From Mobula hypostoma (lineage: Eukaryota), in assembly GCF_963921235.1 (NCBI RefSeq), contig NC_086097.1, positions 110,424,001 to 110,488,000 of the forward strand: 64,000 nucleotides of DNA, given 5' to 3'. Positions 51,721 to 64,000 of the stretch are shown piece after piece. The notes beneath the pieces are model-generated. The model did not search any database and had not been told where the DNA came from. It saw only the letters and a list, made by a program, of their open reading frames with translations. The translations under genes and the position numbers were made by a program. Each line of letters begins with the position of its first letter. Within the stretch, counting starts at the first letter, position 1.

Positions 51721-53309
51721 ATGTGGTCAACAGCAGGTGAACTCCACCCAAACAGCACTTGAGGTCAGTCGCATTTGAAGACAGTAGCTCTACAAGCTGC
51801 ACCACTGCACTGCCTTAATAAAGCAGGGAAAGCAGATCTGTTAGCCTGCTGTAGATAATTTAGAAAACAGAGTCAAGGAGTCACACAGCCCAGACGTAGG
51901 CCTTTTGTCCCAGCATGTCTGTGCTGAACATTAAGTACTAATACTATTTATCAATACTGCATCTGTGGCTTACTATGCCTTGCTGATAAATAATTCTTAA
52001 ATGTTGTGAGAGTCCCTGAGATGGAGACAGTGGGATCAAGAAGGGCTGGAGCAGGATTAAAAAGAATTCCTGACCTGGTACTGGAGGATGAAATGGTAGG
52101 GTTGGACACTGCTAGGTGGTGGTAGAAAAGGACTGGATCCCCATCAAGACTTGGATAATGTTGGGGAGGGGAAACTGGACAGGTGACTGTAAAAACACTG
52201 ACAGCTACCGGGGTGGATGGAAGCAGCACTAAGCAACACACAATTCTGGGAGTATACAACTGCAAGAAGTTCGATCTGTGGATTCTCCTGCAACTTTCTA
52301 CAGAGTTTGGGTGACACTAGAACTACAGGTCATAGGTTAAGGGTGAAAGGAGAATATTTACGGGGGACCTGAGAGGGAACGTGGTATGGACTGCCAATGG
52401 GAAGTGGAGGGCATGTGTTCGATTGCAGCATTTAAGGGAAGCTTGGGTTGATAAATGGACGGAAGGGGAATGGAGGGCTACGGTCTAGGTGCGGGTCAAC
52501 GGGACTAGACAAAATAACAGTTTGTCACGGACTAAATGGGCTGAAGGACCTGTTTCTCTGTTACAGTGCTCTATGACTGGGTAAATTTGGTTTTCTCTAT
52601 TTGATGCTGAATCAGTCCTCAGCTACCTACTGCAATCGCAACTTACATTCCAAAATCTCTGATCCGATGCTCAGAGGATGCAGGTTCAGCGTGAAGAAGT
52701 GTGCTTCACACCCACAAGGAGCTGATAGTGCTTTTCATAAAAAGTCAGTTATGCAGAGCACAAGTGATCTCCACTGCAAAAGAATTTCCTGCCTGTTATG
52801 TCTTTAATATCATATTTAAACATACTTCAAAGGATGTGAACAAATAAGAATGAATGCAGAATGAAGGACGGAATCATTGGTGCCGAGCTGCAAAACTTCA
52901 GCTGTAAGAAAACACTGGATAACTTAGTGTTGTTTTCTTTGGAACACACGCTGAGGAGAATCCTAAACGAGGTATATAAAATTACAAGGAGCCTTAAACA
53001 GGAAAGACTTACTTTACTTTGTAAAGGATCAAAAACCAACAACCAAACTGACAGAGGGCAAAAATATAAAAGTTTTCAAACAGTGAACAACAGGAGTGTG
53101 GAAACCTTTGCCTGAAATGGTGGTAAGAGCAGAAACCCCCACCTCACCACTCTACTTGGATGTGTATTTGAAGAGCAGTGAACCTGGTGCTAGAAGTGGG
53201 ATTAGACAAATCTGCTCTTTTTTGACTGCCAGAGACATGCTGGACTGAATAACCATCTTCAATGTCATTAATTTTCCAGGATTTGATAAATCTATGAAGT
53301 GCTACTCAC

Positions 53310-53411
53310 TGTTGCATCTTCAGGAAGTCCACCTGCCACCTCTACTATTCTTCTGTCTTCGGAGACCATTCCTTTTGCCCTGGTAACAAACTGAATAACT
53401 GAGGCACTGTC
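53310..53411 (-). CDS. ITGA9: Integrin alpha-9 coding exon: DSASVIQFVTRAKGMVSEDRRIVEVAGGLPEDAT
   Basis: 102 nt inside ORF 53292..53513, acceptor TTTGCAG, donor GTGAGT. Resembles ITGA9 DSSSVIQFMSRAK...PEEVT. Confidence 0.9.
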
Positions 53412-53533
53412 CTGCAAATGGAAATGGAGACGAATATTACAATGATGACAACTTTTAAACTCATGGTCAATGCCAAGGGCAATCCCTGACAAAACCTCAA
53501 ACACTGTAACCACCCAGCCGTAGCCACCATCTA

Positions 53534-54832
53534 CACGCAGTGGCTATTTTATTAAGTGCACCTGCACACCAGCTTTCAGAATTATTTAATGTTATTTCCT
53601 GTACACAAGTGTAAGGAGAACAAAATAGTAGTTACTTTGGGTCTAATGCAGCATAAAAACTCATAAAAGATAAAGAACACAACAACAACAACAATAATAA
53701 AACACACAATAAATATAAATACATTGGATAGGTGATATACATTGATTGATTGTACGTCCATAAATTAATGCTAGTCTGTACATAAGGTGACTGATGGCAA
53801 ATAATAAAGTCGTGGCGGAGTTAATGGGTGTTGGTGTAGATCAGCTTTACTGCTTGGGGAAAGTAATTGTTTATGAGTGTGGTGATCCTGATGAGGATGC
53901 TACGTAGCCTCCTCCCTGATGGGAGTGGGAGAAACAGTCCATGAGCAAGGTGGAGTGGACCCTTCATAATGTTACTAGCCCTTTTCTGGCACCTTCCTGC
54001 ACTTTGTCCTTGAAGGCTGAGAGGCTGGTGCCAGAGATGCGTTGGTCAGTTTTGATTACCTATTGTAGAACCTTCCTGTCTGCTGCAGTGCAGTTTCTGT
54101 ACCAAGGAGTGACACAACTTGTTAGGATGGTCTCCTGCATATTTGTAGAATGACATGAATATGGATGTGCAAAGTCCAGCTCTCTTCAGCCTCCTCAGAA
54201 AGTAAGAGGTATTGGTGAGCTTTTTTGTCTGTGTAGGATATGTTCTGGGACCATGAGAGGTTGTGTGGGATATGCACTCCCAGGAGTTTGAAACTGCTTG
54301 CGATTTCCACAGTTGTGGAAATGCAGATATCTAATATGTTAATACAAATATCAAATCAGCCGATCAAATGGCTGCAATTCAATGTATAAAAGCGAATAGA
54401 CGTGGTCAAGAGATTCAGTTGTTTTTCAGACCAAACCTCAGTACAGGGAAGAAATGTGATCTAAATGACTTTGACCATGGAATGATTGTTAGTGCCAGAA
54501 GCGGTGGTTTGATCATCTCAGAAACTGCTGACCTCTTGTGATTTTCGTGCACACCAGTCTCTAGCATTTACAGAGAACGGTGCGAGAAGCAAAAAACCCA
54601 TTGAGCAGCAGTTGTGTGGGTGAAAACATCTGGTTATGGAAAGGAGAATGGCCAGACTGGTTCAAGCTGACAGGAAGGCAACAGTAACTCAAATAACCAC
54701 GCATTACCACAGTGGTGTGCAGAAGAGTATCTCTGAATGCACAACACTTCGAACCTTGAAGTGGATGGGCTACAGTTGCCCAAGACCACGAGCAGACACC
54801 CAGGAGGTACCTAATAGAGTGGCCACTGAATG
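53534..54832 (+). mobile_element. Non-autonomous Tc1 element with nested Rex1-type fragment (about 53580-54310, minus)
   Basis: TA TSDs; TIR CACGCAGTGGCTATTTTATTAAGT / ACCTAATAGAGTGGCCACTGAATG; HTH remnant GKKCDLNDFDHGMIV..RMARLVQADRKATVTQI. Confidence 0.85.
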
Positions 54833-56404
54833 TACAGTATAACAGAACTGGTTTATAACAGGTGGATAAAGATTTCAGTACAAACTCAAAGGTATCACTG
54901 ATCAGAATGGTGCAGTATTTTTTCCTGCCTTACTGCTACCATCGAGGAGAAGGTACAGGAGCCTAAGGACACACAGTCAACATTTTAGGAAGGCCTTCCT
55001 CCCCACTGTCATCAGCTTTCTGAATGGACAATAAACCCATGTACACTACCTACATTTTTCATTTTATGCTCTCTTTTTGCACTACTTATTTAATTTTATA
55101 TATATATCTTATCGTAATTTATAGTTTTGATTATGTATTACAACATACTATTGCTGCAAAACAACAAATTTCACAACATATGCCAGTGATACTAAAACTG
55201 ATTCTGATTCTACAAGGAGCGGGATTGCATCCATCACCAAGGACACCCGCTTCCCAGACCATGCTCTCTTCTCGCTGCTGCCATCACAAGAAAGTACAGG
55301 AGCTTCAGGACCCACACCACCAGGTTCAGGAACAGTTATTTCCCCTTAACCATCAGGCTCTTGAACCAGACTTTGTTCAACTTCACTTGACCCATCACTG
55401 AACTGTTCCCACAACCTATGGACTCACTTTCAAAAACTTTTCATCTCAAGTTCTTGATATTTATTGCTTATTTTATTATTATTTTGCATTTTTACAGTTT
55501 GTTTGACCTGTGGGGGCGGTCTTTCATTGACTCAGCTGTGTTTCTTGTATTTACTGTGAATGCCCACAAGAAAATGAATCTCAGGGTTGTATATGGTGAC
55601 ATACTATATATGTACTTTGATAATTAATTTACTTTGAAATTTTTGAATCTGATTCTGAAACTCTGGCACTTAATTTTGGCAACACTCTCAGGATCAGAAG
55701 TTGGTCATCCAATTTAAATATAGTGGGTTGGTGTCCATGTCAAAAATGAATTATCAGAGATATTTTGCTTTCCCACAATAATGGGAGCACAGGTTAGCAG
55801 ATGCAATTCCCCAAGTTTCCTCTGTTGTGTGCAAGCATGCTTTTCTTGGCCTTTGGGGCCAAACTTTGATTCCAGCCTAGCCAGATGAGAGGCTTTGCAT
55901 AGCCCCAGGTGATATGGGCCTGAGTTCATTATTATACTAAAGCAGGCCATTTAAGCTGCTGAGGCAGAAGGCAGAATTTACATTGGAAATGCACTGCTTC
56001 ATATCTGAATATCAGGTTAAGACTAACTGTTGGGGCAAAACAGACAACTTTATTAACACAAATCCAACTAAACAAAGATAACGTTTGATAATGATAGTGA
56101 GCTTTTACAGTAAAGGAGGTCTTCAAGATTCTTTTATTATCAAAGGATGTATAAATTGTACAACCTTGAGACTTGCTTGCTCACTCACAGTAGCCACAAA
56201 GCAAAATCTTTTAGCCAATTGTGTCTGGACTAACTTTCTGTAAAACAACCCTGCAAATCTCATTCTCCAGCTCTTTCCTCAGAGCCCTATAAATTTGGTT
56301 TCCACACTAAATATTTACCTAATTCTTTTTTGGAAGTGGGAACTGTTTCTATCACCTCTTTAAGCAGTGAATTTAAGAATGTGACCATTCGCTGCATGAG
56401 AATA

Positions 56405-56644
56405 AACACAAAAGACCACAGATACTGGAATCTGGAACAAGAAAAATCCCGCTAGAGGAACTCAGCGGGCCGAGCAGAATCTGTGGTTGGGGAACATGGG
56501 GCAGGAAGCTGAAGGATTGTGACTACTTCGGGTCGAAACACTGCATCAGGACTGATACTGCGTTTCAACCTAAAATGTTGAGAATTCCTCCTTCCCACAC
56601 AGACACTGCTTGACCTGCTGACTATCTCTAGCAGATCAGTTGCT
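56405..56644. mobile_element. Second, older fold-back mini Penelope element
   Basis: 14-bp TSD GCTGCATGA(G/A)AATA (56391-56404, 56645-56658); degenerate inverted arms around decayed hammerhead halves. Confidence 0.7.
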
Positions 56645-57554
56645 GCTGCATGAAAATATTTTTTTTATGGCCATGTTCCTGTTTGTCAGCGGCAGCAGTT
56701 TATCTTTTTTTCACAGAAAATGACGGAAATACTCAGCAGGTTGAGTAGTATCTGCAGAAAGAGAAATAAAGTTTTTAAAATAAATTTTAAAAATGTCCCC
56801 TTCCATTCCTGATGTGGTTTGACTTGCTGAAATCTTTCTGGTTTGTCTTGTCTTTAGGCTTTGTTAGGAGATCATGCTTCCTAATTAAAGCCTAATTCAA
56901 GGTGACAGCTAAACTGGAGCACTTGGAATAAAAATAATAGCAGTAAGATATGGAAACTCCTACTTATAGCCATATAATCATATAACAATTCCAGCATGGA
57001 AACAGGCCATCTCAGCCCTTCTAGTCCGTGCTGAACTCTTACTCTCACCTAGTCCCACTTAGTAAAACAAAATTTGTCTTTAACAAATTTATATTGATGG
57101 GTCAATTCCTTATGTTTTATTTTTCTCCCTGATTATGTCTAGTGTCCTCCTTACTTATGAAATGAAAATCAATGGCCTGGAGCAAAGAAAAATACAACCT
57201 ACACCAGAAGTCCTTGTAGTGGAGGGACTTAGTGAGTTTCTCATTCAGCTTCTGTGCAGCACAGTGACAAAGTTGGTAGAGTTTGGCCAGGTCCAATTCT
57301 GACTTGGGTGCTGACTGCACTGGAATGACAGGTTCTCCCAGGTTCCTTCAGTGCTCCAGTTCCCTCCCAAACATCAGATATATGTGGGATGGTAAATTAA
57401 CCACACCTCTCGCCCGTGAAGAGGCAGGGGGTTGATGAGAACATGAGAATAATAATGGAATTAAGGTATATTAGTGTAAACGGGTGGTTGATGCTCAGGG
57501 CACTGTTTCTGTGTCTATGGACAAAAATGCAATTAGGTGTAAAAATTTTCTCAC

Positions 57555-57674
57555 CTTTTTCAATATCTCAGTATTCAGTAGCAAGTGGACATAAATGTTT
57601 CTGGTTTCTTCCTTTGCTACAGAACTTAATTCACAGTCGATGATCAAACAAGGTCGGCCGGGTCTATCGCAATC
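57555..57674 (-). CDS. ITGA9: Integrin alpha-9 coding exon (calf-2): DCDRPGRPCLIIDCELSSVAKEETRNIYVHLLLNTEILKK
   Basis: 120 nt, acceptor AG at 57675-57676, donor GTGAGA. In frame with both neighbours; DC..PG..C and LLNTEILKK are as in ITGA9. Confidence 0.92.
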
Positions 57675-58680
57675 CTATAAATATTAGCAAGAATATTATT
57701 CAGGTTAACAAACTAATCACATAACACATCAGAACTGCCCATGTCTCATTTGTTTGCTTGAAACATTACAACCAGAAGATCAAAATCAAGCCTTTTGCAT
57801 ATTGGGATTCCTTGTGTCCACTCTTGACCATTAAGTTTATGCTACAGGTTCAGAACAATCTACACTGTGAACAAAGCAGCAGAATTTCAGGACTTGAATA
57901 AAATAAGATCCACAACTGAACAATAAGATTTCAGACCACAAACAAGAGAAAATCTGCAGAAGCTGGATTTCAGAACTTCAACTTGGCTTGAAACTTATGA
58001 TGAATAAACAATATTTAGCCTTACGTTCATGTGTTATATCTTGTACCCACCCTTTTGAAATGGTTCAACCAACCAATCACAACTGCTACTTTAAAATCGG
58101 AGAAAGGATAAAATTGAATGAACAGCTTGTCATCCACCATTTGCAAGAATGCAGCACACTGCAGATACTCATTTGGGACGCTCTAACAGTATTTTCCAAA
58201 CGTATTAGCTCTACCACCAAAAAAAGGTCAAGGGAACAGTACATGGAACACCACTATCCTGAACGGGGAATTTTAATTACTCCATTTTTATATGACTATC
58301 TTGATTTGAAACTCTCAGATTCTCTTCTTAATTTTCTTTCTGATTACTGAACAGCACTTCAGGCAGTTTAGCCCTTCAGTCTCCCCCTGTGGCTTGACAT
58401 CAGCTTTTGATTTGGTGATACTTATTTTTACTCTCTACTTTAGCATGGAGTCTTATTTTACATTTGGGAATTAACAATTGTGACCACGTAATGCTCAAAT
58501 ATTACTTAATTTTGCACACAACCATGTTCACCTCTCAATAAAGGAATCAAATACAATGCTCATTGGCTTATAACTCATTCCTCAGACCCTGCTGGTCTAT
58601 AAACAGCTTATTATCCCGCACAGCATTTACTTAACCCACACACCCATATCCCACTTTGGTTCCAAATAGCCCAAACTCAC

Positions 58681-58806
58681 CAGCACTTTCCTGCCGGACT
58701 TGGTGAAGAACGCAAAGATTGTGTGGAAGATATTCTCTTTATCTTGAGGTATGAAGCAAGGTTGAATGTTCTGGTAGTAGGTACAATTGCCTCCCTCCTG
58801 ACCAAC
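58681..58806 (-). CDS. ITGA9: Integrin alpha-9 coding exon (calf-2): VGQEGGNCTYYQNIQPCFIPQDKENIFHTIFAFFTKSGRKVL
   Basis: 126 nt, acceptor AG at 58807-58808, donor GTGAGT. Hand translation matches the ITGA9 ENIFHTIFAFFTKSGRKVL segment as recalled. Absent from the ORF track. Confidence 0.93.
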
Positions 58807-59174
58807 CTTTACAAAAAAAAGCAGAGACAGCCTTAGTCAGCATTAGAAAATTTCTAAGCACAAGTTGTCCTGCTAAAGAGGAGTCGCTATTTATCTGAAG
58901 GGGAAGCTCTCATAATGCTTCCCGATTGAGCCTAAACAATTGCAGCTCCCAGACCTCATTCACCTTGACTACAGGATGATAAGCAATCATGACAAAAAAA
59001 CCCAGCAAATCCCCTTCATTACCAGAGGCCCCATCACTGAGGCATATTTGAACCAAGACCATGGACACACTATCTCGTCTGTGCCTCTCTGGAAACTGTC
59101 CTGCAGGGCAAGAAGGGAAGCAAGGTCTTCAAGAGCAACAGCCCACAGAGATGATATCCAGCACATCTGAACAA

Positions 59175-59780
59175 CTGTATAGAAACATAGAAAATAGGTG
59201 CAGGAGTAGGCCATTCAGCCCTTCGAGCCTGTACCACCATTCAGTATGACCATGGCTGATCATCCAACTCAGAACCCTGTACCTGCCTTCTCTCCATAAC
59301 CCCTGATCCCTTTAGCCACAAGGGCCATATCTAACTCCCTCTTAAATATAGCCAATGAACTGGCCTCAACTGTTTCCTGTTACAGAGAATTCCACAGATT
59401 CACCACTTCTGTGTCAAGAAGTTTTTCCTAATTAGGTCCTAAAAGGCTTCCCCTTTATCCTCAAACTGTGATCCCTCATTCTGGACTTCCCCAACATCGG
59501 GAACAATCTTCCTGCATCGAGCCTGTCAATCCCTTTAGGATTTTATACGTTTCAGTAAGATTCCCCCCCCAATCTTCTAAATTCCAGCGAGTATAAGCCT
59601 AGTCAATCCAGTCTTTCATCATATGAAAGTCCTGCCATCCCAGGAATCAATCTGGTGAACCTTCTTTGCACTCCCTCTATGGCATGAATGTCTTTCCTCA
59701 GATTAGGGGACCAAAACTGCACACAATACTCCAGGTGCGGTCCTACCAAGGCCTTGTACAACTGCAGTAGAACCTCCCTG
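59175..59780 (-). mobile_element. CR1 3' fragment
   Basis: Reverse complement of LYKALVGPHLEYCVQFWSP; ATAGAAAC-type tail. Confidence 0.85.
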
Positions 59781-59914
59781 CGGTACTAAACCTGTCACGC
59801 ATGGCTTTAAAAACCAGCTGCCTCAAAGACTACACCCAAATGGAGATTCAGGAATCTGATTCAGTTATTTCTCACACATACATCGAAACACGTAGCGAAT
59901 GCATCATTTGTGTG

Positions 59915-61000
59915 AAGTCAAGTCAAGTCACCTTTTATTGTTATTTCGACCATAACTGCTGGTGCAGTACAGAGTAAAAACAAGACAATGTTTTTCAGGA
60001 CCATGGTGCTACATGAACAATACAAAAACTACACTGAACTACATAAAACAACACAAAACTACCCTAGACTACAGACCTACCCAGGACTGCATAAAGTGCA
60101 CAAAACAGTGCAGGCATTACAATAAATAATAAACAAGACAATATGCACAGTAGAGGGCAGTAGGTTGGTGTCAGTCCTGGCTCTGGATATTGAAGAGCCT
60201 GATGACTTGGGGGAAGAAACTGTTACATAGTCTGGTTGTGAGAGCCCGAATACTTTGATGCCTTTTGTCAGATGGCAGGAGGGAGAAGAATTTGTATGAG
60301 GGGTGCGTGGGGTCCTTCATAATGCTGTTTGCTTTGTGGATGCAGTGTGTGGTGTAAATGTCAGTGACGGTGGGAAGAGAGACCCCGATGATCTTCTCAG
60401 CTGACCTCACTATCAGCTGCAGGGTCTTGCGATCCGAGGTGGTGCAATTTCCGAGCCAGGCAGTGATGCAGCTACTCAGGATGCTCTCAATACAACCTCT
60501 GTAGAATGTGGTGAGGATGGGGGGTGGGAGATGGACTTTCCTCAGCCTTCGCAGAAAGTAGAGACGCTGCTGGGTCTTCTTTGCTATGGAGCTGGTGTTG
60601 AGGGACCAGGTGAGATTCTCTGCCAGGTGAACACCAAGAAATTTGGTGCTCTTAACGATCTCTACGGAGGAGTCGTCGATGTTCAGTGGAGAGTGGTCGT
60701 TCCGTGTCCTCCTGAAGTCAACAACCATCTCTTTTGTTTTGTTCACATTCAGAGACAGGTTGTTGGCTCTGCACCAGTCTATTAGCCGCTGCACCTCGTC
60801 TCTGTATGCTGACTCATCCTTCTTACTGATGAGACCCACCACGGTCGTGTCATCGGCAAACTTGATGATGTGGTTCAAGCTGTGTGTTGCACACAGTCGT
60901 GGGTCAGCAGAGTGAACAACAGTGGACTGAGCACACAGCCCTGGAGGGCCCCCGTGCTCAGTGCGATGGTGTTGGAGATGCTGCTTCCAATCCGGACCAT
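59915..61000 (-). mobile_element. Young Rex1/L2-type LINE 3' part with uninterrupted 235-aa RT C-terminus
   Basis: ORF 60171..60878 KFADDTTVVG..LNVNKTKEMVVDFR..KFLGVH; (GACTT)3 tail. Confidence 0.9.
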
Positions 61001-61093
61001 CTGTTCCAACATAACATGCCTGTCATGTTCAGTAGAGCATAAGCAACATCAACAACACAAAACTTTAAAGCAAAACAAGCCCTTTCGCATCCT

Positions 61094-61095
<2 letters not shown>

Positions 61096-61133
<38 letters not shown>
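61096..61133. repeat. (CA)n microsatellite
   Basis: Directly visible. Confidence 0.95.
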
Positions 61134-61135
<2 letters not shown>

Positions 61136-61839
61136 CCTCCAACCCCAGAACAGGCCACTTCCGATTGCCAATCCTTGGCTCCTGACTCTCAGACTTGCAG
61201 ACATTGGACCTGCAACTTCCAGTCCCTGTCCCAGACTCGCAGGGCTCCGGACATGCCAACTCAAGGGGCTTCGACCTCTGGGTATCACCCCCAGAACTTG
61301 CCAATCATGGGACTTTGACACCTGGGCCTTGACTTTCAAACTCATATAGGCCTTGACCCCAGGACTTGACGAACTGGGTGGGTAACTGTCCCTCGTCCCT
61401 CCTGCCTGCATGGACCACTGACCCCAGGACCTGTCAACCTGGGGGCTTCACCAGCCCTTGTCCATGGGGCCCACAAACTTTAGTCATTGACCATGAGGAT
61501 CAATGACCATGAGGATCAATGACCTTCATCCCCAGTGCCAGGTGACCCAACATCCATCCACGAGGATCACTGGCATTCAACAGCAAAGTACTCTGACCTG
61601 GACTCCAACCATCGGCTCCTGACCCTAACTCTTTAAGCACTGTCCCCGGACTCATGTTAAGTTTAGTGCAAGTCATTAAATCTCAGTGAGGTTAAAAATG
61701 TCAATTTTTAAATAAAAAGTGAGTGAATCCCATGGACGTTATTTTCTATAGAATTCCACTTGAACAGTCATCATTAGTTGTTATTATCTCACTTACATCT
61801 TGTGAAAAAGTGTTACAGGAAGTTGCTGTGTTAAACCAA

Positions 61840-62610
61840 AAGCTCTACACAGAACATAGTCCAGTACAGGCCCTTCACCCCATGATGTTGTGCCAATCCA
61901 CTCAAAGATAAATCTAACCCTACCCTCACACCATTTTTCTTTCATCCATGTTGTTATCTAAGAGGCTCTTAAATGTCCCTGATGTACCTGCATCTACCAC
62001 CACCATGGAACATACACCTGCCACTCTATGTAAAAAAAACCTCCCTGTACTTTTCTACCAATGCCTCAAAGTTATGCCCTTTGTGTTAGCCATTTCTGCT
62101 CTGGGGAAAAGTCTCTAGCTATTTGCTCAGTCTATGTCTCTTATCATCTTGTACATCCCATCAAGTTACCTCTCATGCTCCTTCTCTCCAAACAGAAAAG
62201 TCTAGCATCCTGGTAAATCTTCTTTGTACCCCTTCTAAAGTTTCTACATCTTTCCTATAATGAGACAACCGGAACATTTCACAATCTTCAAAGTGTGCTA
62301 AGCAGAGTTTTATAAAGTGGCAACGTTACCCCATGGCTCTTAAACTCAATCCCCTGACTAATGAACACCAACACACCATACACCTCTTCCCACCTTATCA
62401 GCTTGTGCGGCAACTTTGAAAGGTGGACATGGACCACAAGATCCCTCTGCCCTTCACACTGCCAAGAATCCTGCCGTTAACCCCGAATTCTGTCTTCAAG
62501 CTCAACCTTGCAAAATGAATCACTTCACATTTTTCCAGATTGAACACCATCTGCTACTTCTCAGCCTAGCTCTGCATCCTATCAATGTCCCATTGCAACC
62601 TATGACCTAG
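61840..62610 (-). mobile_element. Degenerate CR1 3' region
   Basis: Collinear with 36780-37620 but diverged. Confidence 0.75.
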
Positions 62611-63313
62611 CACATAACTCAACTGAATTGGGTCTTTATACCAATGTTTATACCAAAGATCAATCACAAAATGGAACTTTATTAACCCTCAAAAAGTTGA
62701 GCATTTTTGTAAAAATAACAATTTTTATACATGTATTAAATAAGGACTGTTAAAATATAAACAAAATATGATTACTTGCATAAGTAATAAAATTAATCCT
62801 GAGTTTAATAGTTTTAATAGTGAATAGTCAATAATTGTGAGCAAAAAGGTTTGTAGAAGGAGAACTAATCAGAAACTAAAAAAGGGCCTCGTACATAGAA
62901 TGGGCATGTCTTCAATTAAATAAATCAATTTAATAAATAAACCTATTTTTAAAAGTTCCCTCCCCCTTCTTCTATTCCCCACTCTGGCTTCTTAACTCTA
63001 CTCCTCACCTGTCTATCATATCCCACTGGTGCCCCTCTTTCTCCCCTTTCTCCCATGGTCCACTTTCCTTTCCTATCAGATTCCTTCTTCTCCAGCCCTT
63101 TATCGTTCCACCCATCTGGCTTCACCTATCACCTTCTTGCTGGTCCTTCTTCCTCTGCCCCCACCTTTTTATTCCTCCAGAGTTTTGTGTGTATTAATAA
63201 AAGTGTATTTTAGTTTAGATTTTCCATGTAAGAAAATAATTTCTTTTCAGTCTGGAGTATCTTGTGGTGAGTACTATAACCACTGATATATGTACGATAC
63301 CAACTTGGTGTTC

Positions 63314-63865
63314 TGGGTATGTTTTCTAAATTTGCAAGTGTACTGTACTATGGGGAGCATACTGAAAAGACGCTGAGACAGTCTGGTAAAATGGGCAAAA
63401 TGATGGCAGATGAAATTAATTGCTGAAAAATATGCAGTGCTCATATCTTGTTCAGACAAACTGGAGGACACAAGTCAAAAACATTCAAATCTGGCTGTAT
63501 ATTTACATAGTTTGGTGAAGTTGGAAGAGCAGATAGTTTAATAGTTTAAAAAGCACACAAGGATAGAATGTGCTGTTCTGCTCCCCGTATCATAAGAAGG
63601 AATCAGAGGCTTTAGCAAGGGTTCAGAAGTAATTCACCAGAATGTTGATTAGCTTGGAGAGTATTAGCAATTGGAAGAGACTGAACAGACTTGGACTGTG
63701 TTTCTCTAGAATGTCGAAGACAGCGGAAAGGCTGACCTGAGAGGCAGAGAAAGTGTCCTGGGTACGTTTTCTAAATTTGGAAATGTACTGTACTATGGGG
63801 AGCTTACTGAAAAGATGCTGAGACAGGCTAATAAAATGGGCAGATTGGTGGCAGATGAAATTTAG
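63314..63865 (+). repeat. About 105-bp direct duplication within a CR1 relic
   Basis: CTGGGTA.GTTTTCTAAATTTG...GGCAGATGAAATT at about 63314-63418 and 63759-63863. Confidence 0.8.
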
Positions 63866-64000
63866 TACTGCTGCTGTTGTTGCCGCATAGATCCATCCCG
63901 CAGATTCTATATTCCATTCTATGTGGAATTCCCATAACCTCTCTCTTTGACACATACTGGTTGGTTAGTTGACTATCATAAATCATGCCAAGTGGGCAGG

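Noticed and set aside
60870..61411. ORFs with HT or CV repeats
   Set aside because: Translation artefacts of the (CA)n microsatellite; likewise 12105..12497.
61140..61650. CRISPR-like or regular repeat array
   Set aside because: Only loose GACC/GGACT-rich reiterations without constant repeats or unique spacers, in a eukaryotic context.
58807..64000. Next upstream ITGA9 exon (VYN.GPSTLPG...)
   Set aside because: No matching frame found by eye; it probably lies beyond the window.

Overview
Eukaryotic, repeat-dense genomic DNA. The SINE/CR1/Penelope repertoire suggests a cartilaginous fish, probably a ray (inference). The only host gene is the 3' end of integrin alpha-9 (ITGA9) on the minus strand. 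It has five phase-0 GT-AG coding exons (58681-58806, 57555-57674, 53310-53411, 16549-16668, 5738-5836) encoding the calf-2 end, transmembrane helix and KMGFFRR tail; upstream exons lie beyond the window. The introns (about 1, 4.1, 36.6 and 10.7 kb) hold nested transposons whose boundaries can often be read from target-site duplications (TSDs): CR1 LINEs (one near full length), Rex1/L2-type LINEs, an R4/Dong-type LINE, Penelope-like elements with minimal hammerhead ribozymes, V- and CORE-type SINEs, and Harbinger, hAT, Tc1 and Tigger-like DNA transposons. The most interesting observations are: (1) a SINE-cargo-SINE composite bounded by a single 9-bp TSD; (2) 214-240 bp fold-back Penelope mini-elements with hammerhead remnants at the centre, plus two hammerheads with intact cores; (3) a perfect 32-bp palindrome among micro-duplications; (4) a MITE closely resembling mammalian MER2/Tigger3 as recalled from memory. 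No CRISPR, rRNA or clearly new protein-coding system is supported. Repeat family names come from motif recognition, not database searches, and repeat ends without TSDs are approximate.
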